Virus record (IMG/VR): IMGVR_UViG_3300037418_002719
Length of the DNA: 64,000 bases
Strand: one strand, 5' to 3'
Source of the DNA: an uncultured virus (IMG/VR IMGVR_UViG_3300037418_002719)
Taxonomy: Duplodnaviria; Heunggongvirae; Uroviricota; Caudoviricetes
Of this stretch, positions 18,710-29,056 are shown in pieces (within the stretch, counting starts at the first letter, position 1; each line of letters begins with the position of its first letter). The position numbers and the translations under genes are program-made. The notes under the pieces are model-generated. The model was not told the DNA's origin, did not search any database, and saw only the letters and a program-made list of their open reading frames with translations.

Positions 18710-19504
18710 ATGGCAGCAAAGTCGCAGGAACTTGAAGTACTAGACGAGACCAGCACCGACCTGGACGTCATCTCCGCCGAGGAGGAGGCGCTCATTGCGG
18801 CCAATCAGGCCGACGTCGATGCCTCTGAGTTCGTCATCCCGATCGTCAAGCTCGCGCAGCCGCTGACCGACGAGGTCACCTCTGGAACCGCTAAGGCCGG
18901 CGAGTTTATACTCGGCCTAACCGGTGAGGCATTCGCGCCGCCGGTGGAGTTCGTCGTCGCCGGTAAGGGCAAGGGCCGGTTCAAGCCGGGACGTGATGGC
19001 GAACGAACACTAGTCGCCTACGACACGCCGATCGTTCCGTGGAAGGACGACCCCTTCTATGGCAAGCCGTTCTCCGAGCACCCGGACGCAGAGGAGAAGT
19101 TCAAGGCACGCGTCGATGCCGGCGAGATCGAATGGGGACACGGTCCGACCATTCAGACAACGTTCAACTACACCGGCTACATCGTTGGCTCTGACGTGCC
19201 GGTACGTCTCAGCCTCCGCCGCACTTCCGCTCCCGCGGCCCGTAAGTGGAACACGCTCCTCGATGCAGTCCTTCGTGGCCGCTTCTGGGATCAGGTCTTC
19301 ACTGTGGGCAGCGAACAGCAGAAGAACAACAAGGGCGCGTACTACGTGGTGACGGTTCAGCCGTCGCGTAAGACCACGCCCGACGAGAAGAAGGCCGCCA
19401 TTCAGTTGGCGACCGCGCTGCGTAACCAGTCCGTTACCACCGTCGGCGAGACCGACGACGGCCCCACGGTTGCGCCAGACGCCAACGGCGGCATCGAGCT
19501 TTAG
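18710..19504 (+). CDS. Putative phage single-stranded DNA-binding/annealing protein
   Basis: SD GAGGAG; IPIVKLAQ.L..EV motif, aromatic OB-like segments, acidic tail; lies before the primase. Confidence 0.55.
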   Translation: MAAKSQELEVLDETSTDLDVISAEEEALIAANQADVDASEFVIPIVKLAQPLTDEVTSGTAKAGEFILGLTGEAFAPPVEFVVAGKGKGRFKPGRDGERTLVAYDTPIVPWKDDPFYGKPFSEHPDAEEKFKARVDAGEIEWGHGPTIQTTFNYTGYIVGSDVPVRLSLRRTSAPAARKWNTLLDAVLRGRFWDQVFTVGSEQQKNNKGAYYVVTVQPSRKTTPDEKKAAIQLATALRNQSVTTVGETDDGPTVAPDANGGIEL

Positions 19505-19534
19505 CTCGACAGCACCCCAGCCGTTCCCCTCACA

Positions 19535-19572
19535 CGCGACCCGGACCGGCCTTAGGGCCGGCCGGGATCGCG
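19535..19572. other. Strong GC hairpin without U tail
   Basis: CGCGA-CCCGG-A-CCGGCC-TTAG-GGCCGG-CCGGG-A-TCGCG. Confidence 0.6.
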
Positions 19573-19606
19573 GTAAGTCTGAAGTACCTCCAAGAGAGGA
19601 GGATCA

Positions 19607-20575
19607 TTGATGTCTGAAGCCAACCCATACGTCGGCCGGTTTATGAAGCTCTTCTCCGGCCTCGACGACGCCTACGGCACCGGCCGCGGTCAGTGGGTGA
19701 GAGAGCAGCCAAGGCGCGCTCAGTTCTCAGAGCATCTCGCCGGACGCGGCCCAGGACTTGGAATCGGCCCGTTGCGCCGTGACGGAACCGTCGTTTTCGC
19801 CGCAGTCGATCTCGACGAGCCCGACTTCGACACAGCTTGCGAGATCGCCAATCTTCTGCCCGGCACCCAGTTCATTGAGCGCAGCCGATCGGGCAATGCC
19901 CACGTGTTCTCGTTCTTCTCCGAGCCGCTCGAAGGTTGGATCGCGCGCGGCATTATGCGCGAAGCCACCGCTGCCGTCGGGCGGAAGTTCGTCGAGGTGT
20001 TCCCGAAGCAAGACCGTCTCAAAGACGACATGCTAGGGAACTACATCAACTTGCCATATCATGGTAAGGATCGACCAGTGGTGGGACTCTCAGAAGACGG
20101 AGAGACCAATGTCGACCTTGACGATCCGATGTCGTTGGAGTCTTTCATCATGGAGGCCGAACACGCCCTCAACGACCCCAAGGATTGGATCAAGCGCGCC
20201 CGCTGGCTCGGCATCCCCAGCCCTGAGGAGCGATCCGCCGAAGGTCGCGAGTTCGGCACCTCGCAAACGCTCCACATGTGCTGTGAGCACGTCATCGCTG
20301 AGCGCGACGACAACCCGATCGTGGCTGGCCATCGCGCGGTCGTGTATTTCGCCTTGGCCAAGCAACTCGCCAACTGCGCCTTGTACTCAGAGGATGAATC
20401 AGTTGAGTTGCTCTCGTTGATCAACGATTCTTCACCTGATCCGATCCCAGAGTCAGAGCTTCGCCACATGTACCGCAACGCCGTTCGCGGACAGTACACA
20501 TCCACAGGCTGCGATGATCCTCTCTTCCAGCCTTACGCACATCCAGAATGCCCCATCTCAAATGGAGGAAAGTAA
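19607..20575 (+). CDS. Archaeo-eukaryotic (AEP) primase with Cys-containing C-terminal domain
   Basis: VDLDE, RSRSGNAH, EVFPKQ, GNYINLPY; C-terminal helical PriCT/PriL-like region. Confidence 0.85.
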   Translation: MMSEANPYVGRFMKLFSGLDDAYGTGRGQWVREQPRRAQFSEHLAGRGPGLGIGPLRRDGTVVFAAVDLDEPDFDTACEIANLLPGTQFIERSRSGNAHVFSFFSEPLEGWIARGIMREATAAVGRKFVEVFPKQDRLKDDMLGNYINLPYHGKDRPVVGLSEDGETNVDLDDPMSLESFIMEAEHALNDPKDWIKRARWLGIPSPEERSAEGREFGTSQTLHMCCEHVIAERDDNPIVAGHRAVVYFALAKQLANCALYSEDESVELLSLINDSSPDPIPESELRHMYRNAVRGQYTSTGCDDPLFQPYAHPECPISNGGK

Positions 20576-21498
20576 ATGGGCTGCTCAGCCACAGCAAAGC
20601 TTCTCTTCGGTGTGCCGCTCGACCATGAGCAGCACCCGTTCGCTCGTTACAACGATGACTACGAGACGGTCGACAACCTAGGCAATCCTCTCACCGAGGA
20701 AGAGTTCGATGTACTTACTGACGATACCGACCTAGGTGAGTACTTGGCCGCGCGCGCTGGCCATGAGAACCCATGGAAGACATACCCGCCGTATCTGGAG
20801 CGCGACGAATACGGCCCATACGATGAGTTCAAGAAGTGGCTCGCAAGAGATCCTGAAGGTCAGGAATTTGATGCCCTGATCGATGCTTGGAGAGACCTGA
20901 AGAGCGAGCTTGAGGACGCAGCACCTGTTGAGATCGCCTACGCTGGCGACCTTCAGTACGGCAGCCCGCAGTATGTGATCTCCCTGAAGGGCTATGAGAA
21001 CAGCGTTGATTGGGGCGCTGAGAAGATCGATCTTCCTGAGCAGCCATCGCAAGAAGAGACCGACACAGCGGTCGAGTTCTGTCGCGCAAACGCGCTGCCT
21101 GACTTCTCGGACGCCGGCTGGGTGCTGGCCGCACAGTACGGCTGATGGACTTCAACCCCAACAACCTCAACGCGCCTGAGGCTCCGATCTGGGCGACCTA
21201 CGTTCCTGAGCGGCGGCCGAAGCTCAATAGCCACAAACAGAGAAGCCACGCGCTCGGCGCGTTTCAGTATCGACGCAACGTCATTCTCTACAAGTTCATC
21301 AACTCTGAGTGGGTCGAGGTCTACAGGACCGAAAACGGACATGACGATGTCATGTCCTGCGATCGCTGTGGCGGCCAACCTGAGTACGGTTACTGGCGCT
21401 CTGTGTGGGAGCGGGGAGAAGACGGAAAGATCAAGGAACCATTTAGACGGCTAGCGCTTTGCGGCTGGGACTGCCAGCGCGCCGAGGAAGGTAAGTAG
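20576..21498 (+). CDS. Two hypothetical genes (20576-21145 acidic; 21145-21498 with CxxC)
   Basis: Tightly coupled + strand ORFs. Confidence 0.65.
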
Positions 21499-23690
21499 TG
21501 ACGGACGTAAGGCTGACCGAGTTCGCACAGCTTCTCGCCACAGCTGACGAAGACGCCCGCGACGCGCTGATCTCGCGCGTCAAGTTGATGGCTATGCAGG
21601 CCGCGGCACCAGAGGCGTTCGAGCCGCCGATCACGCCGCTCGGAGAATATCTGGAACGTGACATTCCGGTCCCGCCGATTCTGGTTGAGCCGTGCCTGCT
21701 CGTGCGTGGCGGCATCATGTGCACCGTCGGTCGTGCCGGGAAGGGCAAAGACGCTCCCAACGACACCCCGGTGTTGACGCCGGGCGGTTGGAAGGCGCTC
21801 GGCGACGTCGAGGTCGGAGATCGAGTCATTGACCCGGCTACGGGTCGTGCCGCGCGTGTGTCTGGCGTTTACCCGCAGGGGCTCCGCCAGGTTTATAGAG
21901 TGACGCTCTCAGACGGCACATCTACTGAGAGCAGCGATACGCATCTCTGGGCCGTCAATAAGTGGAATCGTGATTACTACGTGAAGGAGCTTCGCGAGTT
22001 CAAGGATGACTTGACTAATTCGCGCGGCGACAACAAGTGGTTCCTGCCACTAACGAGGCCTGTCGAGTACTACAACGCAAGCCCAGATATCGATGGGTAT
22101 GTTCTCGGCGTCTTGCTTGGCGATGGCGGCCTGAGCAACGGCAATCTGAACCTCGTAAGCTCGGAGCAGGAACTAGTTGATCTCGTCGCTGAGCGACTAA
22201 CCGACGGGTGCTCGCTGCGTAAGTGCGGACAGCATCCGCTCCGCTGGAGAATCGTCGGACCGTCACAGGGTCACACAAATCCAGCAATTTCGACGCTGCG
22301 CAAGATGGGCCTATGGGGAATTCTATGTCATGAGAAGTTCATCCCCGCCGACGCCCTATTTGCTCCGATCGAGTACAGACGGGACCTACTGCGCGGTCTT
22401 ATTGACACTGATGGTCATGTGCGTACGTCAAATGGGCGGACTACGTTCTACACGGCGTCTGAGAGGCTTGCAAACGATGTAGCATCGCTTGTCCGTTCTC
22501 TTGGCGGCGTATCTAAGGTGTCGTTCAGGTCACGAAAGTCGCCATTTGCAGACGCCATGACGTCTGAATATTCGGTGTCGATCCTTGTCGATTTCAATCC
22601 TGCGCTGCTATCGAGGAAGGCAGCTAACTGGAGACGTCCGTCTAGGTACTCACGGTCTATTGAGGCTGTTGAGCCCAGCCGGGTAACTGAAACAACCTGC
22701 ATCATGGTTGACAGTCAGTCACATCTGTACATGCAGAATGACTACATTGTCACCCACAACACTCAGGTCAACCTGAACCGCATTCTCAAATGGGCTGCCG
22801 GGATGCCACTATTCCCGGATGTCAAGACACCCAACGGTGTCCCAGTGCTGGCACCGACTCAGCCACTGAAGACCTTGATCATTGAGAACGAGGGCGCGGC
22901 TGGCATGTTCCACAAGCAGATCAAGACCATGATGTACGCTGATGGCTACCTGACGCCTCCACAGCGCGAATTGGTGAAGGAGAACGTCTTGATCTGGGGT
23001 GACGGTGGCTACTCGGGCTTGAAGCTCGACGACCCCAACGCCCTCAACAACGTACGTGCCGGATGCGAGAAGTGGGAACCCGACATCGTCTTCATTGAGC
23101 CTTTCCGAGGGCTGTGGAGCGGTGACGAGAACTCATCAACCGATATGGCCAAGGTGGCCGACGCGCTCTCAGGCATCGCTGCTGATTTCAACTGCGGTGT
23201 CATCCTCACTCACCACGAGAAGAAGGGCGGCGCGGGCAACGACGACGACAAGATGTCGGCTGCGCGAGGGTCGACGGTGCTGGAGGGCGTTGTCGCGACG
23301 ATGGAGAACTTTGAGATCGCCAAGGGCGGCGATTACCGCGAGATCTCCTACTCGAAGATTCGCTACAGCGGCGGCGAGAAGATCTTGCCGATCCGCATGG
23401 AGTGGCAGCACAGAGACTGGTGGTACCGCCACGTGCCGCTCGACGCGATCGAGCAGGCGGTCCTTGACGTCCTCGCCGAAAACGAGGACCCGATGACGAT
23501 CGGCGAGCTAGTCGCGGAGACAGACGAGAAGGAGCACAAGATCCGCAACATCATGAAGGCGTTGGTCGATCAAGGCAAGGTCAAGGCTATGCCGAGTGTT
23601 CACACCGGTACAGGGTCGACAGGCAAGCGTTACCGGCTGGCTGTCCCGACCGGCGACGACACCGGGGCCGGCGCAGGAATGGAGTTCTGA
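21498..23690 (+). CDS. RecA-fold replicative helicase (RepA/AAA_25-like) with C-terminal wHTH, interrupted by an intein
   Basis: Walker A GRAGKGK|T restored when the intein is removed; IIENEG, IVFIEP, THHEKK, ARGS motifs. Confidence 0.88.
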   Translation: MTDVRLTEFAQLLATADEDARDALISRVKLMAMQAAAPEAFEPPITPLGEYLERDIPVPPILVEPCLLVRGGIMCTVGRAGKGKDAPNDTPVLTPGGWKALGDVEVGDRVIDPATGRAARVSGVYPQGLRQVYRVTLSDGTSTESSDTHLWAVNKWNRDYYVKELREFKDDLTNSRGDNKWFLPLTRPVEYYNASPDIDGYVLGVLLGDGGLSNGNLNLVSSEQELVDLVAERLTDGCSLRKCGQHPLRWRIVGPSQGHTNPAISTLRKMGLWGILCHEKFIPADALFAPIEYRRDLLRGLIDTDGHVRTSNGRTTFYTASERLANDVASLVRSLGGVSKVSFRSRKSPFADAMTSEYSVSILVDFNPALLSRKAANWRRPSRYSRSIEAVEPSRVTETTCIMVDSQSHLYMQNDYIVTHNTQVNLNRILKWAAGMPLFPDVKTPNGVPVLAPTQPLKTLIIENEGAAGMFHKQIKTMMYADGYLTPPQRELVKENVLIWGDGGYSGLKLDDPNALNNVRAGCEKWEPDIVFIEPFRGLWSGDENSSTDMAKVADALSGIAADFNCGVILTHHEKKGGAGNDDDKMSAARGSTVLEGVVATMENFEIAKGGDYREISYSKIRYSGGEKILPIRMEWQHRDWWYRHVPLDAIEQAVLDVLAENEDPMTIGELVAETDEKEHKIRNIMKALVDQGKVKAMPSVHTGTGSTGKRYRLAVPTGDDTGAGAGMEF
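21750..22760 (+). mobile_element. Class 3 intein with LAGLIDADG homing endonuclease (337 aa)
   Basis: Block A-like DAPNDTPVLTPGGW; block B SDTHLW; YVLGVLLGDG and LRGLIDTDG; block F TTCIMV; C-terminal VTHN followed by Thr+1. Confidence 0.92.
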
Positions 23691-23875
23691 TGCTGGAGGC
23701 GCGCGACGTCTACGAGCTTCAGCGCGATCTCGATCGCGAGATCATGGGCCATACGACGCTTCCGGCCTGGGACGAGTTGTCCTGGTCGGAGCAGGACGCA
23801 TGGCAGGTCAAGGCCGACGAGGTCAATGATAAGAACATGGAGGTCTCTCTGTGGGCAGCACTGATGGACGAGTAG
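23690..23875 (+). CDS. Hypothetical protein
   Basis: TGATG overlap; WDELS...W motif. Confidence 0.55.
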   Translation: MLEARDVYELQRDLDREIMGHTTLPAWDELSWSEQDAWQVKADEVNDKNMEVSLWAALMDE

Positions 23876-24321
23876 GCGGAGCCGACACGGCGGCTGAGTA
23901 CTTCTACTTGGCTGGTCCGATGACCAACATCCCTGCGTTCAACTTCCCTGAGTTCCATCGCATCGCAGGGATCTTGCGCGCTCAGGGATACAACCTGGTC
24001 AACCCGGCTGAGCTAGATGAGGAGATCGAACGCAAGGAAGCAGAGTCGTCGCCAGACGGGCGGCATCGCGGACTCAAGCACGTCAAGACGTGGGCTGATT
24101 GTCTACGTAGAGACATTGAAGTCGTTGCCGCCACGAACTGCGTCGGCGTCATCGTCATGGATGGCTGGGAGCACTCGCAGGGCGCGCAGTTTGAGACCTA
24201 CGTGGCGTACAAGCTGCGAATGCCGATCTACCGCTTCCTCGAAACAGCGCCAGACGAGTTTACGCTCGTAGAGATCCAGCGCGGCCCGTCGCTCACAGCG
24301 GCCGGGGTCGTTGATGGCTGA
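23851..24321 (+). CDS. DUF4406/nucleoside 2-deoxyribosyltransferase-like protein
   Basis: YLAGPMT...FNFPEF, NPAE, GWEHSQGA..E. Confidence 0.8.
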   Translation: MGSTDGRVGGADTAAEYFYLAGPMTNIPAFNFPEFHRIAGILRAQGYNLVNPAELDEEIERKEAESSPDGRHRGLKHVKTWADCLRRDIEVVAATNCVGVIVMDGWEHSQGAQFETYVAYKLRMPIYRFLETAPDEFTLVEIQRGPSLTAAGVVDG

Positions 24322-25266
24322 AATCATCGTCGTCCGCGCCGACGACTACACGGACTACCTGGACGCATCAACGGACGAGGCGTGGGCGCGCAACGCTCAC
24401 GGCCTGCTAAGTGAACGCCTGGAAAGCGGCCACTTCTACCACGACCCAGGCGATGAGCCTATCTACGACGGTATGTCGGTTGCTGAGATCGGCGAGATCA
24501 CCGACCCGGAGATCAAGAAGGTCGCGACGACTAAGTACAACCGCTGGGTCAGAGCCAAGCGTGAATGGCAGGACGAGAAGGCAACCTATGACGCGATCGC
24601 CGAAGAGGTCGCGAACGGACCGACATGGCGCGAGTACAAGTCAGGCCGCCGCGAGCCCACAGCGTGGGGACTTCTCGACGCCCGATCAGACTACGAGTAC
24701 GAGAGAGTCGAGTTGATGACAGTGAGGAACTATGACTAAGCATCCCGACGAAATCGTCTCTGTCTACGACGACGTCAGCGGTGACTGGGAAGGGTTGTAC
24801 TTTGACGGCCGCCTCGTTACACAGAACCACAGCATCGAGGCCGGCGAGGTCCTCTCACTGATCGGCTATGACGTCACGTATGCGTCGGCCTCGGCCGAAG
24901 AAACCGGCGGTCGCTTTCCTGATAGACTTGAGGATGTCGTAACGACGAGGGAACTACGCCGCCGCTCACTCCTCGCCGAAGCAGCAGAGCTTCGCGCCAA
25001 GGCCGACGCATTGGAGGCCTCGATTGAGCACTGAGGTGAAGGACTTCCGTCTCTACCTGCACCGCAGCAAGGAGACCAACTACGACGCCTGGCAGTACGA
25101 CCTTGGCTGGTCAACCGAAGACCCAGGCTTCGAGAAATTCAAGTACTGCGGTTACGAAGTCGAACTGATCACTCAGATCGACAGAGAGACCGGTCGCTGC
25201 TTCGCAATTGGAATCATGGACCGCGGCAAGCTTGTCGATTTTGAACGAGGAGTAGAACTCACTTGA
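24311..25266 (+). CDS. Three hypothetical genes (24311-24739, 24732-25034, 25024-25266)
   Basis: Overlapping + strand ORFs. Confidence 0.6.
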
Positions 25267-25997
25267 GGCTTATTGGACTACACGCACGGCTTCACGCCGG
25301 TAAGGACACAGCATTTGAGTTCATCGATAACTGGGCGTTGGTCCGCCGTCAGCTTGCGCAGCGCCGCGCCTTCGCTGATCCGCTGAAGATCTCTGGTATG
25401 CGCGCGCTTGGCTTCAAGGACATCAAGCCCGATCCCGCCGCCGAAGCACATTGGGCCGTCAAGGTCGCCAACCAGATCAAGGAAACCGGACGAGTAACGG
25501 TTACCTGGGTCGACGACACCGGCGACATGCAGAGCCGAACCATCACCGGCCGCGAACTGTGGCAGTTGTACGGCACCGAGGCGCACCGAGCAGATGACCT
25601 CGGCTCAAGCTTCGGCGCGAACTTCTGGGTCGACAACTTGCTCCCAGCGGGAACATCATCGGAGCCGCTCACTCGCGCCGCTAACGGCGAGGCCACGAGC
25701 CTGACGCCGCTGTGGTACAAGAACTTCGAGGACTGGCGCGGCGTGCGTCCCGATGTCGCAGTCGTAACAGACGTCCGGTTCCCCAACGAGGCTACCCGCA
25801 TTCTCAAGCTTGGCGGTGAGGTATGGAAGATCGACGCCGATCAACGGCTCGGTCCCAACACTGACGGCCATGCTTCGGAGCAGCCGCTCGACGATGACTA
25901 CATCAGCCGCGTCATCGACAACAATACCGATCTCAACAACTTCGCCACAGGTATCGAGGCCGCGTTGGTGGGGACAACGTTTACGCCGGCTAAGTAA
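25263..25997 (+). CDS. Deoxynucleoside monophosphate kinase (T4 gp1-like)
   Basis: AGKDT, FADPLK, RELWQLYGTE, VVTDVRFPNE, HASE. Confidence 0.88.
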   Translation: MRLIGLHARLHAGKDTAFEFIDNWALVRRQLAQRRAFADPLKISGMRALGFKDIKPDPAAEAHWAVKVANQIKETGRVTVTWVDDTGDMQSRTITGRELWQLYGTEAHRADDLGSSFGANFWVDNLLPAGTSSEPLTRAANGEATSLTPLWYKNFEDWRGVRPDVAVVTDVRFPNEATRILKLGGEVWKIDADQRLGPNTDGHASEQPLDDDYISRVIDNNTDLNNFATGIEAALVGTTFTPAK

Positions 25998-26000
25998 CGA

Positions 26001-26642
26001 ATGCTCACCATTGATGACATCAAGGACGATCGTCGGCGGTCAGGCTTTCGCGGCGTAACCGTCGATCGTGGCGGTTACACCCGGCAGGCCAAGCCTTACC
26101 GCGCCTCCAAGGGCGTAAAGGGCAGTGGCCCGAACTACGACTATTGGCGTGGCCCCCGGCGCGCAACAGCCGAGGAGGCGGCGCAGGATTACTGCGACCA
26201 CGTCAACTACGGAGCAGCAACCCCAACAGCCCGTTTGCACTCGGCCGGCCATTCAGCGCCAGCGCGAGAATCGTTGCCCCGCGATCCTGAGGTCGAGGCC
26301 GCTCTTGGGGTTCTGAGGGACGCGCGGGCACAGCGTCAGGGCAAGCAGGGCTACGTGTACTGCATTGGTGAGTCTCAGGGCGTCGCGTGGGGAGTGAAGG
26401 TCGGCTATTCTGTGAACCCCGAGAAGCGCGTCACTGAACTGCAAACCGGCAATCCTCGCATTCTCTCAGTGATCGGAAAGATCAAGGGGACGCCCGACGA
26501 TGAGAAGCGGCTTCACTCAAAGTACATGAAGTACAACCTGATCGGTGAGTGGTTTGTACCGACGCGTGAGTTGCTGTCCGAATTCGGTCTCAACAGTTCA
26601 GGTTACGGTGACCCAGATCTTCCAGGGAATGGAATGGTTTAG
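26001..26642 (+). CDS. GIY-YIG (T5orf172/MUG113-like) endonuclease with N-terminal AP2-like region
   Basis: SGFRGV at the N-terminus; GYVYCI, VKVGYS.NPEKR..ELQTGNP, E..LH, GEWF. Confidence 0.8.
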   Translation: MLTIDDIKDDRRRSGFRGVTVDRGGYTRQAKPYRASKGVKGSGPNYDYWRGPRRATAEEAAQDYCDHVNYGAATPTARLHSAGHSAPARESLPRDPEVEAALGVLRDARAQRQGKQGYVYCIGESQGVAWGVKVGYSVNPEKRVTELQTGNPRILSVIGKIKGTPDDEKRLHSKYMKYNLIGEWFVPTRELLSEFGLNSSGYGDPDLPGNGMV

Positions 26643-26828
26643 ATGAAGTACAAGATCTACGACATGGATGACTGGGAGGTTATCCGTGACGAAACCGGCA
26701 AGACCCTGTACTCGGGTCATCGGCCATACACGCGTGACATCTTCGAGGCGCTTGGGCTCGACTACGACATTGAGTTCATCGAGGATGAGGAGCGCGCCAT
26801 GGACATCATCTACGAGGGCGCTGAGTGA
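26643..26828 (+). CDS. Hypothetical protein
   Basis: Abuts neighbours on the + strand. Confidence 0.6.
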   Translation: MKYKIYDMDDWEVIRDETGKTLYSGHRPYTRDIFEALGLDYDIEFIEDEERAMDIIYEGAE

Positions 26829-27196
26829 CCGACAATGAGCTTCATTGGCTTGCCGGCTGGCTAGAAGGTGAAGGATCGTTTGTCGTCACTTCAGGTAAGT
26901 CCTACAACGATAAGCGGTATACGCGCATCCGAGTCAACGGGTCCTCAATAGATAAGGATGTCCTCGACTACGTGAAGTCGATCGCGGGTGGCGTAGTAAA
27001 CGGCCCGTATGAACGAACTGGCGGAGCAGGTAAGCATGTGTACATGTGGACACTGTCGACCCACAAAACCGCGCTGCCGCTACTTATTGCGCTTGAGCCT
27101 TTGATGGTTGCCGCGCGCCGCAAGGCTCAGGTCCGTAAGGCGATTGAGGCCGCAGAGGAGTACATGTCCGTCCAGCAAGGTAAGAAGGGATTCTAG
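26825..27196 (+). CDS. Single-motif LAGLIDADG endonuclease-like protein
   Basis: LHWLAGWLEGEGSF; ends L.P.M..RRK.Q. Confidence 0.78.
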   Translation: MTDNELHWLAGWLEGEGSFVVTSGKSYNDKRYTRIRVNGSSIDKDVLDYVKSIAGGVVNGPYERTGGAGKHVYMWTLSTHKTALPLLIALEPLMVAARRKAQVRKAIEAAEEYMSVQQGKKGF

Positions 27197-27202
27197 ATAG
27201 AA

Positions 27203-29056
27203 ATGGTGGACTTTGACGTAGAGACTGACGGCCTTCAGCCGTGGTCGCAGAAGCAGAGCGCGTTCATGTATCAGTTCGGCGACGACTCTGGTGCCGTGGA
27301 GGTGCTCGATCCGCTCGTCGATGGTGAGCGTATCCAGTGGTGGTTCAATCGTGGTGCCGACGAGGGCCTGCGGGCATGGAACACGAAATTCGATCGCAGC
27401 TTCGCTCACATCTCACCCTTCGATATCCCCGGCGACGGCGCCTGGCACGACGGCATGCTGCTGGCGCATGCGATCAATGAGAACCGCTCAATCGCGCTGA
27501 AGTCTGTCGCTAATGAGGTTCTCGGACCAGGCTCGGACGACCTCCAGAAGCAGGTCAAGGACTGGCTCACCGCTGAGCGCCGCCGCCGGAAGAGCGAGGC
27601 GCACAAGGAGGGCACGGAACTCGTCGAGCCAACCTACGCCGATGTCCCCCGCGACCTGATGGCCGAATACGCCGCAGAGGACATCGTCCTTACCCGCAAG
27701 GTCTGCGACGCCTACGAGCCAATCATCGCGAAGTCCAAGGACCTCACCGACATCGTGGCCTTCGAGCATGAAGTCCTCGACGCGCTGTGGCATGTTGAGC
27801 GTCGCGGGTTCCCAGTCGACGACCACGGATACCACATGCTGCTGCACGAGGCGGCCGAGAACCTTGAGGCGCTTGAGGATCTCTGCATCGCGCTCGCCGC
27901 CGAGGGCGGGGTTGAGGGGCTGAACCCGAACTCCACGGCGCAGATCATCAACGCGCTCAAGGGCCGCAAGGCCGACCTCACCTACATGGTGACCAAGAAC
28001 GGAAAGCTCTCTGCTGACCGTGAGAATCTTGAGGCCGTAGATGATGAACTCGCCAAGGCGATCCTTGAGTACCGGGCGGAGCGAAAGGTGCACGGCACGT
28101 ATGTGCTTCCGTACATCGATCGCTCGTATGCGGCGGCGCTGCGCTCGTGGAAGGAGCCCTTCATCGCCCCTGACGGCGCGATCCACGCAAACTTCCGTCA
28201 GGTCGGAACAGTCACTGGCCGCATGTCGTGCTCTGACCCCAACCTCCAGAACCAGCCGCGAGACGACCTGCGTCTGCGCTACAACTTCCGCGCCGAAGAG
28301 GGCAAGAAGCTCGTCACGTGCGACCTCTCGAACGTCGAGATGCGCGTCTTCGCCGCCTACGCGGGTGAGGGCGCGCTGCTGCGGACGATCAAGGAAGGCG
28401 GCGACATTCACACGTTGACCGCCGAGATGATTGGTATCCGCGATCGTAAGCGAGCCGGCGGCGCAGTTGAGACCGCTCGTCAGCGCGGCAAAACATTCAA
28501 TTTTAGTGTAGTGTACGGCGGGGGTGTCAACACCATCATGAAGCAGCAGCGCGTCTCTAAGGATGAGGCCCGCCTGATGCTTCAGCGCTACAAGGACGCC
28601 TACCCAGAGGTCGTGCGGCTTCAGAACCGCATCGCCTACCGCCTCGCCGACACCGGCTACATCAAGTCCGCCTGGGGCCGCCGGTTCCATGTCGACCCAC
28701 GCGACTCCTACAAGGCCGTCAATTACCTCGTTCAGGGCACGTCGGCGGACTTGTTGAAGGCCGCGCTGATCAAGCTCCACAAGCAGGGCGTGCCGGTCGT
28801 GGGATGCGTGCACGACGAAATCATCGCCCATGTTGATGAGTCTGACGCCGAGGAGTGCCGCCAGACCATCATCGAGGCGCTAACCGATCACCCCATGATC
28901 ACCGAGAAGGTTCCGCTTGAGGCGGAGGGCGACATTGTCAATCGCTGGTCTGACGCCAAGCCGCTCGAAGAGCGCGACAAGGACGGCCGTAAGACTGGCC
29001 GTAAGTACTACTTTGATCCCGAGTGGGCGCAGGTTGAGCGCCGGTACGTGAAGTGA
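27203..29056 (+). CDS. polA: Family A DNA polymerase with 3'-5' exonuclease domain
   Basis: ExoI DVET, ExoII NTKFD, ExoIII YAAED; TGRMSCSDPNLQN; motif A DLSNVEMR; motif B RQRGKTFNFSVVYG; motif C VHDE. Confidence 0.96.
   Translation: MVDFDVETDGLQPWSQKQSAFMYQFGDDSGAVEVLDPLVDGERIQWWFNRGADEGLRAWNTKFDRSFAHISPFDIPGDGAWHDGMLLAHAINENRSIALKSVANEVLGPGSDDLQKQVKDWLTAERRRRKSEAHKEGTELVEPTYADVPRDLMAEYAAEDIVLTRKVCDAYEPIIAKSKDLTDIVAFEHEVLDALWHVERRGFPVDDHGYHMLLHEAAENLEALEDLCIALAAEGGVEGLNPNSTAQIINALKGRKADLTYMVTKNGKLSADRENLEAVDDELAKAILEYRAERKVHGTYVLPYIDRSYAAALRSWKEPFIAPDGAIHANFRQVGTVTGRMSCSDPNLQNQPRDDLRLRYNFRAEEGKKLVTCDLSNVEMRVFAAYAGEGALLRTIKEGGDIHTLTAEMIGIRDRKRAGGAVETARQRGKTFNFSVVYGGGVNTIMKQQRVSKDEARLMLQRYKDAYPEVVRLQNRIAYRLADTGYIKSAWGRRFHVDPRDSYKAVNYLVQGTSADLLKAALIKLHKQGVPVVGCVHDEIIAHVDESDAEECRQTIIEALTDHPMITEKVPLEAEGDIVNRWSDAKPLEERDKDGRKTGRKYYFDPEWAQVERRYVK

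Noticed and set aside
26825..27203. Group I intron carrying the LAGLIDADG gene and splitting polA
   Set aside because: The ORF abuts both neighbours, leaving no room for an intron core, and polA starts with an intact ExoI motif.
27488..28831. 447-aa - strand ORF, and many similar opposite-strand ORFs in the track
   Set aside because: Antisense shadows of real high-GC genes (here polA); no motifs or RBS.
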